Source: Piedraia hortae CBS 480.64 (taxonomy: Eukaryota). From it: 64,000 nt of DNA. Location: positions 124,001 to 188,000 of the forward strand of contig MU005969.1 in NCBI GenBank assembly GCA_010093745.1, read 5' to 3'. Each line of letters starts with the position of its first letter. Within the stretch, counting starts at the first letter, position 1. A program made the translations under genes and the position numbers. The notes beneath the pieces were generated by a model. The model was not told the origin of the DNA. It did not search any database and was given only the letters and a program-made list of their open reading frames with translations. Shown piece after piece: positions 46,345-58,347 of the stretch.

Positions 46345-47949
46345 AAAAAGAGGAAATCGTTTGAATAGGATGTAGACAGCGACGACGAATCTAATCAACG
46401 CACTCAGCGTTTGTCATGATAGAATCCCCGCCCGCTTGACTCATCCCCTTAGATGCCGATACGAGTCTTGCGCCAGTGACGTCTCTTCGCGTTGTAGCTT
46501 CATGTCTGTTAGCAATGCGCTGCGCACAGAGTGTGTGCTGTTTCTCACCGGATGGTGTTTCCCGTGCGGAGACGAACCCACTGCGGGATCGGGCGGTTCT
46601 GCTTCTGCGCTTTGGCGAGCTTCTGCTTCGTGCGGAATGTTTTGTGGGACTGGTGCATGTTAGGTCTCCTCGATGTAAACCATGGCAGGAGTACCTACCG
46701 GCATGATTGTAGCGGCCGTGAGGTTGGATCAGTGTGGTGGGAGCGTGGTGTGGTTTTGGTGGAGGTGGGACATGCCAAGACTTTGACGCTTGGACCACGT
46801 TGACTTCACCTTGTGACGTCTCACCACTTTGGATAGACTTGCGAAGACCACGCACCACGCATATAAGTGAGGGTTTGAAAGGAATTCATTGTTTCCAGTG
46901 TCCGCTACATCCAGATTCGACTGAACGAACAAGTCGTTTCCAGCCACATCTTTTGCTCGGCATGACTTCTCGGTACACAGCTCCCCACGGCAGGAACAGT
47001 CCTTGTTGCCTCGACTCACTGCCACCGTAAACCTCGACTGGACTCCATCCTGTCTTCTCGACCGATTATCGATGGGTCACCATCGATGAAGCCTTTCCGC
47101 ACCACTCTCGACGAAGACCATAAACAAGGATGAGCGATCAGCTGCCGTCAAAGATCGTGACAAAGAAGAGTTCCAACCAAGCGACCTGGAAGAGAATTTA
47201 ATCAGGAAGAGCGTGGGTAAGGAGCTTGTCCAGCACGAATGAGTCCATTCCATAACCGAGGCAGCGAAGGACATATCAGGCGAGGTAATGGCACAATCAC
47301 AGCTCCCAATGTTTGACATGCTATTTCGAATCAGACAACCTTGTCGCATATGAAATGTGGCCACGACTCTCATCAGGTGCCCTATCCCGAACTGTTCGAT
47401 ACCAATCAGCCCAAGAAAGCCCCGAGCGATGTAGTTGGGCCAGGCCTTCCAGGACTGGAACGGCCACAAGCTACTTTGATGCGGCCCACATACTTCGATA
47501 GGCGGTATAGAAATCTTCCCCACCGTGGGCACTCACCCCTCTGGTCGAGGTAAATCTTGTTCTCGACGCCGGTTGGTGGGGTTTCACTCACTTTCTTGCG
47601 CTGCCAGAATTAGGACTGATGTTTTGGTTTCGAGGGTTGAACACTATTCGGTGTGAGGGGGCTAAGTCTGTGTAGAGTGCTAAGTTAAGGGATCGGACAT
47701 AGAGACTAGTTTGCGGGCCATTGTGGGTATATGCAAGCCGTTAAAGTGATAGGTCGTCCTATCGTACTCGTGCTTTCCCAAGTTTCGTACAGCGCTAATG
47801 GCGCTGAGGGAGATTCGATATCCAAGGCGAAGACTGACAGGGACCTGATGAAAGTACATGGCAAGGATTGGAATCAATACAGTGTGTTGCTGCAGTTGGG
47901 AAAAAAAAAACCCCACGCTAAGATCTATTTGATCTTTGCAAGTCTTATG

Positions 47950-49690
47950 CAGATATGGAGAAGGAAGGCTGACCAGACCCTGGTTTCAAGATGGTGTACA
48001 GCAAAATCATACGTCCTCTGTCAGAGACGAACCGATTGGTCTTGTGTATTAGGAACTGATAGGGGCAATAGCTGCCCACAATCCGAACTTCTTCTTTGGT
48101 GTTGCTTACATGTCCAATCTTGTCAGAACATTGCTCAGCAAGTATATGCTTTGTCGTCTAGAACATAGCAAAACGATCCTGCGTAGTTGGTTTACTTCTA
48201 ATTTTGTGCGATATTTTCTCTTTGTTCCATTGTCTTGCGAACCAATCATCAAATTCCAATGACGAGGGGAGACAATGATTGTTCTCTTTCTTCGGTCACT
48301 TTCATTATTCATGGGATGAATAAATTTTGCTTGTAGACTCGGTCAAGGCAAAATTACAAGATGTTTGTATGTGCCCAGCTTGCATCACATCACAGGAATT
48401 TGTGGACTCCAATTGCCTGTTCTGTTCAAGTCTTGTAGCCAACAAAAAGTAGGTCAAATGGCAAACTCATGCTCGTACCTGGAAAAACAGGCAAAGCTTT
48501 CTGCTTCAGGTTGCATGTAACCCAAGTCAGTACCCCTTCAGACATCACTCTTCACACGTTTTACTTTCATCCCCACAGTCTATATACGGGGTGATTTCCC
48601 CTTCTTTACAGCAAACGAAACTGTAAGCCTCAGACTATCCTGTGCACAGACTATGGTGATGCCATGATGAATACAAGGGAACGATCGGCGCATCTTATGT
48701 GGGATAAATCACCACGCGCTACTGCATACAGTCGCTAGCTCCTCACTCCTTCACCTCTATGGCAGACGGGACAAGCAGCACCTCACACCGCATGAGCCAG
48801 CAAGAAATAGCGCAAACAGCTTTATACCAGCGCTTTGCGTTCTTCTCTACGGCATATGGGACGGAATGCTTGGTCTAACCTCCCCCCCCCCCTCTTCTGA
48901 ATCTAAAATGTAACAAGACATCTCGTAACTCAAACTGAACGGGCCTCCTCGTACCATTATCGTCGGCCTCTATTGATGCCTTGCACCTCTATTTGCGGCA
49001 GACGGAACCAACTACATTGTCTCCCATCATCCTATCCCGAACGCATATCACCCCACCGCGCAGCCCTCCACCAGCTTCAACGACATCTAGTAGCATGGAA
49101 GTCACAATCACGGGCGCAGAAACTATCCCAAAGAACTCATCCGACCCATGAGCGAAAAACAATTCACGCTGTTACAAACTATAGTTTGTAAATAATCCTC
49201 TACCGTACTGTTATCAAGATATTCGACCCCTTGCTATTAATTGCGTATTCTCCGGAACTTAGTTGTGCGTCACAAGCGTGATATGAATAGAAAGATTGGA
49301 CGACTGTGGAGGAGTAAAAAAGATAAATTGTAAGTCGCTCAATTTTCCTCTTAAGGACTGACTTATATACAATAAACTCCAATGCCTCCCAGCCTTCCGT
49401 TGAGGAACCCAACCTCTTTATAACCTCTTCACCAGCCTTTTCTCTAGCCACCCCAACCTCTGCAGATCATTTGTCTTAGTGCGTAGGGCAACTTGGTGCT
49501 GGGCGCTACCGAGGAGCAACATGACCAGCGTCGGCTTAGTCACAACAAAGCGGTCCCCGCTCCGGACCCAGCGTACATGCAAACTACTAGTTGCTTGTCT
49601 TGGAGTACTTTTCCGACAGACAATTGCTCTTCGCTCCTCGTAGTGAAGAAGCGAAAGGGAATATATATCCATGGCTGTAGCTCGCATCTT
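47950..49690 (-). pseudogene. Probable second decayed TLH/DUF3505-type gene
   Basis: Minus-strand fragments in the expected order: 'LLHYEERRAIVCRK' (DUF3505 N-terminal Zn-finger-like, ~49610-49660), 'RYEHEFAI' (48457-48480), 'DVMQAGH' (~48371-48391), 'SPRHWNLMIG' (~48242-48272). Confidence 0.4.
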
Positions 49691-50330
49691 GGATCACCAC
49701 GCAACAAAGCCTGAAATTGCAGAAGCGGACTACAAACCTACAGAGGCTCAAAAGACATAAGAGAGACAATCAGGCATTCCTCCAGAGCACTGAGATTTTC
49801 ATCCGTCGCCAGCGAAAATTTAGAGAAAAATTTCCTGCGCACAGGAGAATGATCCGTCTCATTCATTGGTCGGAGCCGTCGTAGTTGGGTGGAACTGCTA
49901 TGGTCCCAAAGAATGCATCTCTCTTCCCTCCGCTATCTGATGAGGATATAGAGCACCTCGCTGATGCGGTCTCTCCTCACTCTCGGAAACAACATCCTGA
50001 CAGCAAATCTGTGCAGTCGACTCGCCATCCTCATACTGGGCAAAGCTTCAAAGGTTTCTCGACTACAGCGCACATGCGTACATATAGTCGCCTGTCTTGG
50101 AGGACTTTCCCGTCAGCCAGTTGCTCTTCGCTCTTCGTAGCAAGCGCACGCAAAAATTCTACGCATAAGCCTCGCGCTTGAGTTCTTTGTGCAGCAAAGC
50201 CTTAGTACCTATTCCGCAAGACACAAGAGAATATAGGAAAGACGATACAGCATTCGCCCAGAGCGTCTTATAAAGCTATAAGCGAACTCTTAGAAAGACT
50301 ATGTTCGCAGCCTCGCAGAAAGAGATGTGC
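49560..50330. repeat. Diverged direct duplication (~49560-49860 vs ~50060-50330)
   Basis: TGTCTTGGAGTACTTTTCCGACAGACAATTGCTCTTCGCTCCTCGTAG vs TGTCTTGGAGGACTTTCCCGTCAGCCAGTTGCTCTTCGCTCTTCGTAG, plus the downstream GCATTC..CCAGAGC block in both copies. Confidence 0.8.
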
Positions 50331-51079
50331 GCTGCGCACCCATTGAAGCGCCGCAGAACCGAGGACACGTACGCGTTTCGCGGGCCCAGAACGAACTGCT
50401 CAATCCCGTTTTACGATGGATCAAGAGTTTAAGGTCTGGTCAAATGTGCCTGTATTGCAGTAAGCTGTTCGGCTGTGCCAGGACAAATGAGGTGTGGCTG
50501 TCGGGAACTTCAAGAGTCAACGTCGTCAGGGCCTGACTACAAAAATTTGGTCTTTAGTTATCGCCTGGTGTGGTGAGGAGTGTCGGAGTGCGATAAAGAC
50601 AAGTGGAGGATGCCCACATTAGGGGGGTGGGGAGATTGGCGGAGCTGGATAGAAGTTGGATGATTATGTAGGTGGAGAGATTGAACAGTGATTGTTGTGC
50701 TACTTTACACCGCGTGATATTACCCTACGGGAGATCAGTTCCACGGGTGCAGAAAGTGTGTGGAAAAATCGCGTAAAACTATAGTTGTTGACCCATAGCA
50801 GCCAAAAAGCACATAGTTCAAGATCAGATTAAGATTCAAGCTAGTTTGAACTCTATTTCATGTGGCCCACGGATAGAGATTATCTTATGAGAGATTTTTT
50901 GTTTGTGAATAAGACTCAATGGCGCTATCTAGTACCAGTCTAATCGTGTTGGTCCAGTGGTAAATAAATGTCAGGCGAAAAAATGGTGCCAGTCGTATAG
51001 TCAGGCTAAAAGTTTCTTTACCATCTTGCAACGTGAAAGGCGGGAGGTTATGCCTGAGAGAATGTGGAGAGAGCTTGTT

Positions 51080-51691
51080 GCTTCACATGCAAAGACATTT
51101 CTTGGCGCACGCACATTACGTGCATGAGCACATTAGCCGGCTATACTGAATGTTAATCCAATAGCCTGTTTTATGATCACTCCCATTTCCTAGCAATATT
51201 TTGTAGAACCCATCCCGATGTTTTTGACAATGGTGACGCATACTGTAGACCGAAAATCTCTAGTTGGGAATCACTATACGTTTAGCGTCACTAATACTCT
51301 ACGTTCGATTTCTAGACCTGGTTCCCTTCCATACCTCTCTTCCTTCCACACTCTCCACTGCCAGTTCCTCACGTCGTTCTTCCGCAAACAAGAGTCACAT
51401 CTTTTATCTTTGTTCTCTACGCAAGAGAAGTCATCTAGTCAATTACTACCATCTGAGATGTCTTCAGTCCGTAAGTACTCAGCAAACATAAAGCAGGCTG
51501 CCCAAGCCGTCCATGGCACGTACGAACCCACTTCCAGAGCTTCGCAAGCTCCCGCCTCAGTGGAGGTCGAGGACGCCGATGCTATGGAGGCTGGCAACGG
51601 CGCTGCACACAAATATGAGACAGACTCTATTGGAGCCGACCTGGATGCATTGTCTGATTTGATCTCTCCGGTTTCCTTCCGCCCGGCATAA
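51080..51691 (+). pseudogene. Truncated paralog (promoter plus 5' coding part) of the 55370-57229 gene
   Basis: DNA 51085-51360 aligns with 54955-55275 (e.g. TTCCCTTCC.TAC.TCTCTTCCTTCCACA); peptide ASQAPASVEVEDADAMEAGN vs AAQTSTAVAVEDAGTPETGK. Confidence 0.75.
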
Positions 51692-52138
51692 TCATTTAAA
51701 GCCACCACTAAGAGTGCTACCGAGTCCCGAGGCAAGGCACAAGGGCATCATCCCTCCACTAGCAGCAGTAACACTGAACTGGCCATCCAAACGACACCTC
51801 TCAGTAAAGCCTTCCTGGAATGCAAGGGCCACCCGACTGGACGTGAAACATCTTCCGTCGCACCATTTATTACCTGATGCCTCATGGGTCAGCCAATTAG
51901 GCCAATAAGATCTCAAACCACGATCAGCCCAGGGAGCAACAGAGGTAATCCGCAGGAAAAGTGAGTCTTTCGCAGGACAGTAAGGCAGCATGTTTCACTC
52001 CATCTTCCTCGCCATCAGCCTCAAAATCTCTCAATACCACGCCCGCTCCTCGGCAGCGGTACCCATAACTTAATCATCGCCTTCCCTTCCAACGACGGTT
52101 CTTATATCCACGAACCTCCGGCCTCCATAACCACCTTC

Positions 52139-52750
52139 ATGAACCTGACCCCCACCGTCAACCCCATCATCAGTCGCCCAATCCCCACCAGCATAAAAAA
52201 CGCGGCCATAATCTTCCTGGCTACAAACTTCCTCCTTCTGCTGCTTATCCTCGGCCTACTCCTCGCCCTCGTCGTCTTAATGACGATTGCAGTGTGGCGG
52301 GAATATAGAAAACTGGAACATCGCAAGATGATGTATGCTCTGGAGGCTATCATGGATCATGTAGAAATAATGGCTTTTCGGATTGATGCCCTGGCGCGCC
52401 GGCTCCGTGAGCAGGGGCCTCTGCAGCTTATGATGTTGCGTGAGCTTGAGAAGCGTTACCAATATTCGGTTAGGTTTGTACGTGCGTTGGTGGGGGAGAT
52501 AGGTAGGCAGGAAGATTTAATTCGCGTGCAGGGGGTGGAATTAGAGCTAGCGAGGGAGGAGTCTGTGGAGTTTGCGAGAATGATTAATAGGAAGGTGGAA
52601 GAGTTGGGAGAAAGGCTTGCGGGAATTCAGAATGCGGTGAGGGAGCATGTCCACGAAGGCTTCCTCATCTACTCCGTTAATCATCCCAGCTCCTGTGGAA
52701 CCTCTGGAGCCGATGACCCTTGCGGACTCAGCGACGGAGGCAGTATGTAG
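52139..52750 (+). CDS. Hypothetical single-TM, coiled-coil protein
   Basis: 203-aa ATG ORF with a long hydrophobic stretch followed by heptad-like E/R/L-rich helices. Confidence 0.55.
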   Translation: MNLTPTVNPIISRPIPTSIKNAAIIFLATNFLLLLLILGLLLALVVLMTIAVWREYRKLEHRKMMYALEAIMDHVEIMAFRIDALARRLREQGPLQLMMLRELEKRYQYSVRFVRALVGEIGRQEDLIRVQGVELELAREESVEFARMINRKVEELGERLAGIQNAVREHVHEGFLIYSVNHPSSCGTSGADDPCGLSDGGSM

Positions 52751-55369
52751 GATTGCCTTTATTCTCATCTTCAATTCAAGACGTCCCCTTTTTTCCAGCA
52801 GCCAGCAAGAATACCCGCGGCAGATCTTAAGCTCGTTCGCAATGAGTACTCTCTCATCCGCGCTGGGTGCGAGCTTGCTTTCAAAAATCACCGTCGTCGT
52901 CCACACCAGCCACCATCCACGACCTTGTCCAAGACAACTTTCTGTCTTAATTATCATCCCACCAGTCCGTTGTCCGTCTCATCGCCAAGGTACATTAGAC
53001 GGGGGAAAACTCTTAACTACGGCTTGGATCATATCAGTCGATGCGTATACGGGCATCTGCAGGAGTTATATGCCGGGGCTTACACGCCATCTAAGACTTA
53101 TATGCTGTTCCATAAGGGCAGCATAGTTGGATGTTTGTGCTCGCGTTGTCACTGAGGAATTACAATTCTGGGCAGAGGGAGGGTCGTCACGCAGACTTTA
53201 GTGGAGAAATGATTTCATATGTAACGCTACATCAGTTCGATCAACTTTTGGGTTCAACTTGTATGCCTTATTTTGGGGGTTTTGCGGTTCGTGCTTGACG
53301 AAATTGGATTCATCTACACCATTGACCTCTCAAGACGTGACCTCAGCGACACCCATAACCTTGAAATGTAATTGAGCCGGCGTTAATAGCTTCTCACGTG
53401 CCGATAATTGGTGATAATGGCAACTCATGTTTTGGCTCGGCGCGGGAATTGCCCAGCACAACCTCAATCCTCCTCTTTTTGGGACGACATCACCTTACTG
53501 CGTGTTGTTGGCCGACTTCCCTAGGGTGCAGTTCGGCGGGGGGATTGCTCGTGTACATTTTACACATGTCGTTTCAAGTGCACAGAATATATCACCCCAA
53601 CAGCTTCAATCTCACGGGACTCCTCTCGAGACGTCAAGCAGATAGGTGCATTTTTTGGTGATCATACACTCGTCAGACGAGGCAACATGTGCTCTGACAG
53701 AAGCAGGAAGCAAGGACTTGTCCCACTTCGCCAAAGATGGATCATCTCTGAGAGTTTCCGATAATGCAATCTGTACCTGCATGAAGGTCTCAGATATCCA
53801 CACCAAGTTAGCAACTTCTTTGATACACTCGTTTCCGCTTTATAAAGCTCATAATTTATTGTTACTGGTGCCCTCAAAACAACACCCCGAAGATTCCATA
53901 ACGCCAGCAAATTTTAAGTGTACCAGTTTCATCAGCCTCTCCACAGTCTTCTCTTTTGTTCGCTCCACATATGCGCCGTGTAGCGATTGGGCTCCCATGG
54001 TTGAGAGTGCGCAGCGGCCTGAAGAGGACGAAGCGATAGATGGAAACAAGGACAGGACAGATGTAGATGGATATGAGTCAATACCAGTGTCGATATGACA
54101 GTGTGAATGACTGTATCACTATCAGGGGACGTCAGAATAAATATTTTGTACCGGTGGGCCGGTGACGTCACGTTCTACACTAGCAGGGCGCATTCACCAT
54201 GTGACATATGACATGACCATGAGGGAAAAGCTCTGTGAGAGAAAAACCTAGGGTGCAGCTGGTAGTGTAGGAGGTATCGCTGACTTGCTATGCAAATGCC
54301 CCGCATACGCGCTAGCGACGATGCTTGAATCCAACACGCCGTATGGCTGTCACCAAAAGGAATATTAGTCTGTCGCCCTTCGCGAGGAACCCATGAGTGT
54401 CACCGGACCCTGTTGATGTTGGTCGGGAGCCAGACCTCATAGGGCTAGGGTAACTAAGAACCTCATCTCCTCTAGAGTTTTAGAAAGAGGGTAGCAGCAA
54501 CAAAATTGTCTTTCATGTCACTTCCCATTCCTATATTCACTAGACCCACCAGAGCCCACAGTTCAACCTTTAAGAGGCAGGGGCGTGGTGGAAGAATACT
54601 GGAAGCGAGAGTCTTGGAATAAAACATTATTTGGCTATATTTAAATGGATAGATCTGCACCTGCGGCACGTGCTCAAAGTAGGTGGAGCAGAAGGGTTAT
54701 TTGATTATATCAGTGTCATCACGGTTACTCGCAAAATGAAGGAGAGTATGACTTGAAGAAGTTGAGGAGAGCCTATTTTTTCAGTTTGACTCGGATTCCC
54801 GGAAGTCTTTTTTTGCGCAAACCCAAAGTATACTCGGGAAAGTGCGTTATATGCATGCCTTGAACATTAGTGGCTGCTCTAGACTGCGTCTTCTCTCAGT
54901 ATAAGCTTCTCCTGGCCTTTGACTATTTTCGACGCGACTCTAAGTCAAGTCAAATGCATGTCAAGACTTTTCTTGGCGCGCACACGATATGCGCACAAAC
55001 ACATAAGGCGGGGTATGTGATAGTTTAAGTCAATAGTCTGTTCCATTAAAATCTCAATTGTTTATTAATATGTTGTAGGACGCGTCTCGATACTTTTAAG
55101 AATGGCGTCGTCACACGCGGAGACGGAAAAGGACTGGCTATTAATTTTCTGACAGGTTTGTATCCAAACAACGCGTGACATGATACCCGTTTAGTGTCAC
55201 TGGTGGTCCGTGCCGGATATATTGGCCTGGGCTGATTCCCTTCCGTACTTCTCTTCCTTCCACATCTTCCACTCAATCGCTTCCCTTAACGACTCACCAC
55301 TCTTTGTGCATCTCCTTTGCCACACCATACATCTACATCCCATCCATCAATAGCCTTGATATAACTCCA

Positions 55370-57229
55370 ATGCGAACCCACTCGGCCTCTAAGCGCCTTG
55401 AGGCGCTTGAGGCCGCGCAAACTTCCACCGCAGTGGCGGTCGAAGACGCCGGTACTCCGGAGACCGGCAAGGCTCTGACGCAGGGCAGTGCGAAGGGCTC
55501 AAAGGAAGCTAACAAAGAGATTTCGCGTCTTGCCCGTGGCAGAGCTATAAAGAAAGCCGCCAAGAACAAGTCTAATGACAACAGCACTGCGGCAGGCAGC
55601 AAGACTGTAGATGCAATCAAAATATCCAACGCCATTAACACGTCCAACCAGGCCCCTATCAGGTCTTCTCCTCCAACGAATGGCCCTGAGTCAGGCAGCA
55701 ACACGACTAATGCGGTCAAAACCGCTACCACAGCCGTTAAACATGAAAAGAAGTCCGCTACAGAGCCATCTCCTGACATCAATAACGTGCAGTCCCTCGG
55801 AAACACGGCATCTTTAAAGAAGGCCTTATTGGCCTGTGAAGGCAATCCAACCGGAGAGGGAACGTCGAGTGTAGCACCAATCGGCGCAGAAACCACTGAG
55901 CCTTGGGCTTGTGCCAATTTGATGTGCTCAACCGGCATGACCTATATGACCGGTAGTACTTACAAACGAAGGGCCATAAGCGACCATTTTGGCAGGAATA
56001 AAAAGCAAGCCAAGGAGATCCCGCCACACGTATGGCAGACATTTTGCCGGAAGTGTTATCAACACATGCATGACTCGAAATCGAAGTCAAAAAAACAGAT
56101 GTTTGAGTGGAAGATGGGATGCATGATTGAACAGCTCACCAGGTTCTCTGCTTGGCGCCCAGATATCCGCTTTACTGCCCAGATGTCACGGGCCGTTCTC
56201 CAGAGATCGGAGTTATACAAGAGCCTGCTTAAACAGAATAACAATGATGCAGACGCCGCCATGAAAGCGTATACTGCACCCGGGCAGCCAGGTGCGGTCA
56301 GTGATAAGCTAAACAGCAAAGGGAATCCACGTCCCCCGACCATCACGGGGCAATTTCCAATCGCTCTTGTGGATGAATTTGTCTCTGATTGCTGCCCGGC
56401 GGGACTTTTAGATGCTGATAGCGTGAAGACCATTTTGAAGAAAATCAATGACTACTTTGATGATGGCAAGATACAGAGTATGCCACCGATTGAGTTTATT
56501 CTTTGCGCCCCCGAGCAAGATCATGATGTTGACAAGGGTGTGTCGATCAAGTCAATCAAGTCGGATAAAGCTGAGGAGGCCGCCTATCCACAGGAGCCAG
56601 GCGAAAATGAAGAGCCCTCTGGCATCAGCACATCCACGGCTTTTACAGCCGTCAACTCTGCCAGTGGCAACCAGGACCCTAGCAAGCCCAACAAGTCCGT
56701 GACGAGAAACAAGCGCCCTATGACTGACGATGGAGAGCGTGTAGATGGAGAGTCGAAAGATAAAGAGTTGTGGTTGGTCGCTGAGCCATCCTTACCCTTG
56801 CCTAAAGAGCAGGATCCAGCCAAAGACTTAAAGGGGAAGAAAACTCTTAAGCGTAAGGATCTTTCGGTGACCAAGGATAATGTTAAGGCACAAGCCGGAG
56901 TGCTGCAGGACAAGAAGACGCGCAAGCATACCGATCGTGGCAAGGATCTTGCTGGCGTTCCGGATGACGAGAAAACACGTGATCTTAAGGATCGTGGCGA
57001 GGGCACTATCAAAGACCTTAATGCAAAGGGGACGCGTAAGCGTAAGAGTCTTGACGAGGGTCCTGCTGAAGGCCCGAGTGACGAGAAGACGCCTGATTGT
57101 AAGGATCACCACGACGGTCCTGTTGAGGAACAAAATGACGAGAAGGCTCGTAAGCGCAAGGATCGCAATGTGAGTTTTGATCCATATTCAGATAATGAGA
57201 AGGCGCGCAAGTGTCAGAAGAAGGACTGA
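55370..57229 (+). CDS. ORP1-like fungal protein (Cys/His domain) with a repetitive basic tail
   Basis: 'C....C......RRAISDHFGRNKK....IP.HVWQTFCRKCYQ', '...MPPIEFI', matching the Pezizomycotina 'FGRNK...CRKHYQR' family as recalled. Confidence 0.7.
   Translation: MRTHSASKRLEALEAAQTSTAVAVEDAGTPETGKALTQGSAKGSKEANKEISRLARGRAIKKAAKNKSNDNSTAAGSKTVDAIKISNAINTSNQAPIRSSPPTNGPESGSNTTNAVKTATTAVKHEKKSATEPSPDINNVQSLGNTASLKKALLACEGNPTGEGTSSVAPIGAETTEPWACANLMCSTGMTYMTGSTYKRRAISDHFGRNKKQAKEIPPHVWQTFCRKCYQHMHDSKSKSKKQMFEWKMGCMIEQLTRFSAWRPDIRFTAQMSRAVLQRSELYKSLLKQNNNDADAAMKAYTAPGQPGAVSDKLNSKGNPRPPTITGQFPIALVDEFVSDCCPAGLLDADSVKTILKKINDYFDDGKIQSMPPIEFILCAPEQDHDVDKGVSIKSIKSDKAEEAAYPQEPGENEEPSGISTSTAFTAVNSASGNQDPSKPNKSVTRNKRPMTDDGERVDGESKDKELWLVAEPSLPLPKEQDPAKDLKGKKTLKRKDLSVTKDNVKAQAGVLQDKKTRKHTDRGKDLAGVPDDEKTRDLKDRGEGTIKDLNAKGTRKRKSLDEGPAEGPSDEKTPDCKDHHDGPVEEQNDEKARKRKDRNVSFDPYSDNEKARKCQKKD
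56905..57225 (+). repeat. Degenerate 57-bp (19-aa) coding tandem repeat, 5-6 units
   Basis: QDKKTRKHTDRGKDLAGVP / DDEKTRDLKDRGEGTIKDL / NAKGTRKRKSLDEGPAEGP / SDEKTPDCKDHHDGPVEEQ / NDEKARKRKDRNVSFDPYS / DNEKARK. Confidence 0.8.
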
Positions 57230-58347
57230 TGGCAAAAATGTTCATGGAAGTGACACACTGTCTGGTGTCTGCGAAGGACAAAGTACAGCAACATCTGGGT
57301 GTTCAGTCTGGGTACATTTGGCTCAGGACATGCGCGTTTGCAAACCGGTCTAGAGGAGTCATGTACCTACATAGATTTTTGTGGCTTCAATGGCTTATGA
57401 CCTATCTAATGGCACAAGTAACAGGTTTTCTCCAACCGTGTATAGAAACTCTTCAAAAGCTAATCTACCGACCATAGCACGCTGCTTGCATTCTATTTCG
57501 ATTCAATCCACATGTGTCAAGCCCTGTATACTTTCCTGAGCAGAACCACTGAGGCGTTACCTGAGAACGCCGGCCAGCGGTGTGGGGATGCTTCAACCCG
57601 ATTTGGTAGTGCTAAGATTCTTGCATACTTCTTCCCGCAGAACCGTCAGCGGATTTTAGATTCAATATCTGGTCTTACGCCTCCACATACGGGTCAACCA
57701 AGCTACTAATTCTCGCACGCAAGCGTTAATGCGATTTCTGTCCATACTGGATCATTATCATGTTCGGTTTAAGGTGATAACACAATGTGGGGCGTATGGC
57801 CTGGGGTGCTGCTGGTTGGTGTAGATTAATCATTGGGCTAGTTGCAGAACATCGGCAGAAACATTTGCAGGCCACATAGCGGGCCTTTGCCGCGAACTTA
57901 TGGCTGTAAGGTGGTTTTGAGCGAGTTGGAACGTGATATTTTTGCAGATATTGACGTCGATAAGCGATGAGTTGTGGGTAATTGCCGCTTTGGATCACGA
58001 ATAAGCCGATCTCATCGGTTTATGTGGCGGAAGCCCGAAGAGGTCATTTAAGTGGCTTAAAATGGCATCAAGGGGATTTGCATGGACACAAGAATGCATA
58101 CAAGCTGGCTGATCCGCTCAGGCATTCGCGGTAAAAGTTCAGATTACCGCATTTAGCGAAACAGTTCCCAAAATGTCAATCCGCCAGCGGATTCGCTACG
58201 TAGGGAGGTATACAGAGCTAAAGTCCGGCAGAAGATTCACGAGACACATGACGCGGTCATCTGACTGACGTTAAAAATCAATAAATAACGACTGAATTCC
58301 AAACCTTTGCATTCTTCAGTTACTTCGTCCTTTCCCCACTTTTTATA

